Assembly: GCA_016839785.1 (NCBI GenBank)
Contig: JAEOTQ010000162.1
Span: forward strand, 1 to 39,650
Direction: 5' to 3'
DNA from: Candidatus Hodarchaeota archaeon
GTDB lineage: Archaea; Asgardarchaeota; Heimdallarchaeia; Hodarchaeales; Hodarchaeaceae
DNA: 39,650 nucleotides
Below, one piece after another: positions 38,101 through 39,650 of the stretch (position 1 is its first letter; each line of letters begins with the position of its first letter). The notes beneath the pieces were generated by a model. That model was not told the origin of the DNA. It searched no databases and saw nothing but the letters and a program-made list of their open reading frames with translations. The translations under genes and the position numbers were made by a program.

Positions 38101-38749
38101 AAATTCGAGATATATCGAATTACTTGATCGTCGTGATATATTAATTGAGGAACGACAGGTTATACTTGACTTTATTGAGGAAATTGAAACAGAAAAGTAC
38201 TCAGTATTTATGAAGGTGTATAAATCTGTTAACAGACATTTTGGCCTAATTTTCAATGAACTTTCTGGAGGAGATGCAAGGCTTATTCTAGAGAAGGATC
38301 CGAAGAAGGGAGAAGACATATTTGAAGGCGGCCTTTTTATCGAAGCACATCCCGCAGGAAAAAAGATTGCTTCATTAGAAAGCATGTCTGGTGGTGAAAA
38401 AGCTCTAACAGCATTAGCATTTATTTTTGCAGTTCAAACCGTTGACGCTCAACCCTTCTACATTTTAGATGAGATTGATGCTGCTCTTGATCCAATGAAT
38501 GTCAGAAGAGTGGCAAAATTATTATATAAGATGTCCCGTAGTGTAGGAAGAGATGGAGAAGATGAGGATGGGAAAAAATCAAGAAAATCAACTACACCTG
38601 CCGCTCAATTCCTTGTTATAAGCCATCGTGATATTTTAATGGCCTGGGCAGATAGATTATATGGTTGTACAAACGTAAAAGGCCTAAGTTCTGTCTTCTC
38701 AATACAAATGAGTGAGGATCAACAGTTAGAAAGAGATCAAGCATTTTAA
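35162..38749 (+). CDS. smc: Chromosome segregation protein SMC
   Basis: GWKSY, Walker A GPNGSGKS, Q-loop IAQG, coiled coils, hinge GDIFYSNGIIFGG, PVNMRA, signature MSGGEK, Walker B/D-loop ILDEIDAALD, ISH. Confidence 0.96.
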   Translation: MVHIKEIRMTGWKSYGPGTVRMPLAKGFTVIVGPNGSGKSNSIDAVNFCLGALSKKSMRADKMVGLIYNGIGGKKKSEKAFIEIVFDNSDFAIPIRESEVIVSRELKTNGSGTYRLNGKRTTRTDILDKLRIAGIDVINSYNIIAQGQVGEIVGMNPIERRQMMENLAGVGQFDTKKHSALSELEEANKRMDELQLLVGEVAKRVESLRKEKEDAERWSQLDTEILNLKALLISYSFHNNNRALVKFDEDIASIRSTQENIISERSQIDTNVEEVSEKIRTLEDSLIRVETSLKEIRSSAEEKNIEKTKVQEKSEYNKKTIKSNENRVKQLESRSEEIQKKIQDDSQTKAELHIKKEELVNRIEQIQSDRTSLEEELELKNQEYDEIKAEFEDSERRQKIENDRLTKTQVSFEVSQNMVDAFQNNVDEYQRRQSEAEEQIDSAELKAKQLKVQIEEESNQQTEASVKLEELQTKKDNLEIQIEEIEGNVRELSDKQLVLKAKIETISSFVKSEAGRENPAVSYINGKKNEASISGILGEFQNLSEEGVNLPPEVGHLSDAIITDTIESSLKCINLLKEHSIGAANFIPLEKFKLKTTDNFSNIVKKIREQNQVVSSLDEAANLWKKHGSTLSTADGDIFYSNGIIFGGFHLLSAQASVDSLKSEMEQITSELGEYKSRFTQEKENQKKLLGIEKVVVSSIEKLQKSIQGATLQLNQQESEIKLYSENQQSIEGELDPLKQKLEERLINRDKQKEEMDHHEQNLEVIGEEVKNIGERLEAADTRPLLEKMNQIEQRLGKSQGQLSGIDSRIESLETQKEERDARLSETKNEINTIKVETANLEGEIQVLGEQVDQFNADLEELLENEESLLTEIKDYKSDLSTQKKYQGQLIKDKERLNEKITKDEEKVTEIKLQRERIAVETEKLQSEAVEAQIEIIPADAEELEKINEQKINSEINRKSEEKKRLEPVNMRALKEFQSENSRYIELLDRRDILIEERQVILDFIEEIETEKYSVFMKVYKSVNRHFGLIFNELSGGDARLILEKDPKKGEDIFEGGLFIEAHPAGKKIASLESMSGGEKALTALAFIFAVQTVDAQPFYILDEIDAALDPMNVRRVAKLLYKMSRSVGRDGEDEDGKKSRKSTTPAAQFLVISHRDILMAWADRLYGCTNVKGLSSVFSIQMSEDQQLERDQAF

Positions 38750-38792
38750 TAGGATAATGGAATATTAAGAAGATTGAGTGGATTTTTCTACA

Positions 38793-39650
38793 ATGACTGA
38801 ACCTGAAAACGTCCGAGATGAAGACTCTTCTGACGATGAAGACGAATATATCAGACTTTTCAGTCACCAAGAGCAATTCTTCTTAGAAGAACCTTATGTT
38901 TATTTAATTAACCCAGACCTTTTTCCGGAAAAAGTAGCTTACGTAAAGGAATTCAAGTTAAAAGAAATCCTTCCTGATTTTTATGGAAAATTACTAGAAC
39001 AAGGTTTAGATTTTCGTATTCTAGGGCAAGCCATCTACTCTGCAGCTAGAATTCACAAGAAAAAAGTAAGCTTAGCTATCCAATATGAAAAAAAACAGGA
39101 AGAAAAGATAGCAATAAGGACAAAGAGACGCGCTTTTCAGTTTAAAATTCCTCTCCCGTATTATATCACAAGAGAATTGTTATCTCTTGCAGAAAGCGCT
39201 AATCCAGATGAATTTTATGCAGAATTGTTATTAGGCCTTCAAGAGGAAGATGAAAAGCGTAAAATAGAAAAAATTAAAGAGGAAAAGAAAAAACAGCAGG
39301 GAACTGGAGAGGAGAAACGAAGAAGACGAAAATTGGAGATATCTGATTTCGAGAGCTTCGATTATGAACTAGATCTAGATCGGATTGCGATTGAAGATAT
39401 TGTTAATAGAACTTTTGAAGTAATTCAAGGCCTAGCTCAAATAGATAAAAATGATGAAGCTGAATTTACTAAAGTAGTTAGGGGTATGGAAACAAAGGAA
39501 GGTTCTGAAGAGCAAAAGCGGTTGACACGTGCAAGAGTTCTAATATCTCTACTTTATCTATTCCGCGATGAATCGATAACCGCGGAACAGGAACTCAATC
39601 CTCCTTATGAGATCTATATTAAAGTCATCGGAAAAAGAAAAACAACTGCG
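38793..39650 (+). CDS. scpA: Kleisin ScpA, 3'-truncated by the window edge (absent from the ORF track)
   Basis: Manual translation is open for 286 codons: MTEPENVRDEDSSDDEDEY...LDFRILGQAIYSAARIHKKK...RVLISLLYLFRDESITAEQELNPPYEIYI; N- and C-terminal kleisin motifs; 43 bp after smc. Confidence 0.8.
   Translation, partial: MTEPENVRDEDSSDDEDEYIRLFSHQEQFFLEEPYVYLINPDLFPEKVAYVKEFKLKEILPDFYGKLLEQGLDFRILGQAIYSAARIHKKKVSLAIQYEKKQEEKIAIRTKRRAFQFKIPLPYYITRELLSLAESANPDEFYAELLLGLQEEDEKRKIEKIKEEKKKQQGTGEEKRRRRKLEISDFESFDYELDLDRIAIEDIVNRTFEVIQGLAQIDKNDEAEFTKVVRGMETKEGSEEQKRLTRARVLISLLYLFRDESITAEQELNPPYEIYIKVIGKRKTTA

Noticed and set aside
1048-38876. Numerous short ORFs overlapping long genes (e.g. 1048-1278, 2472-2729, 8989-9216, 21871-22245, 29553-29846, 32026-32361, 37819-38385, 38616-38876)
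   Set aside because: Antisense or off-frame shadows of well-supported genes, with no recognisable motifs
35162-39650. Wadjet/MksBEF or Rad50-type defence or repair SMC
   Set aside because: Globular hinge with G-x6-G-x3-GG, no Zn hook, and followed by ScpA: canonical condensin-type SMC
1-39650. tRNA, rRNA, CRISPR array, IS elements
   Set aside because: No GC-rich structured islands, spaced direct repeats or transposase motifs seen by eye; tRNAscan and Rfam were not run

Overview
AT-rich, gene-dense archaeal chromosomal window, most consistent with an Asgard archaeon (Heimdallarchaeia, plausibly Hodarchaeales; inferred from gene content, not from a marker phylogeny). The centrepiece is a eukaryote-like DNA polymerase epsilon-type PolB (9582-15341, minus). 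It has the Pol-epsilon CysX Fe-S cysteine spacing, an extra 4-Cys insert, a C-terminal Zn-binding motif and a 443-aa LAGLIDADG intein splitting the catalytic ELD|TDG motif. Other notable parts: an operon of uncharacterised cytosolic scaffolds (SNAP-like TPR + three Ig-like repeats; longin/uDENN-like + TPR), a polytopic membrane protein with beta-hairpin repeats and a steadiness-box/SHOCT-like tail, two convergent nuclease-less amino-methyltransferases (one coupled to a MutY-like glycosylase), three Rab-like GTPases around a roadblock-like and a coiled-coil gene, and smc followed by a partial scpA missing from the ORF track. Housekeeping genes: class II HMG-CoA reductase, CoA Nudix hydrolase, Lrp-rocD, dUTPase, MFS transporter, ornithine cyclodeaminase family, DPM1-like GT2. 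No rRNA, tRNA, CRISPR or IS element was recognised. All calls are by-eye motif recognition; no searches were run.
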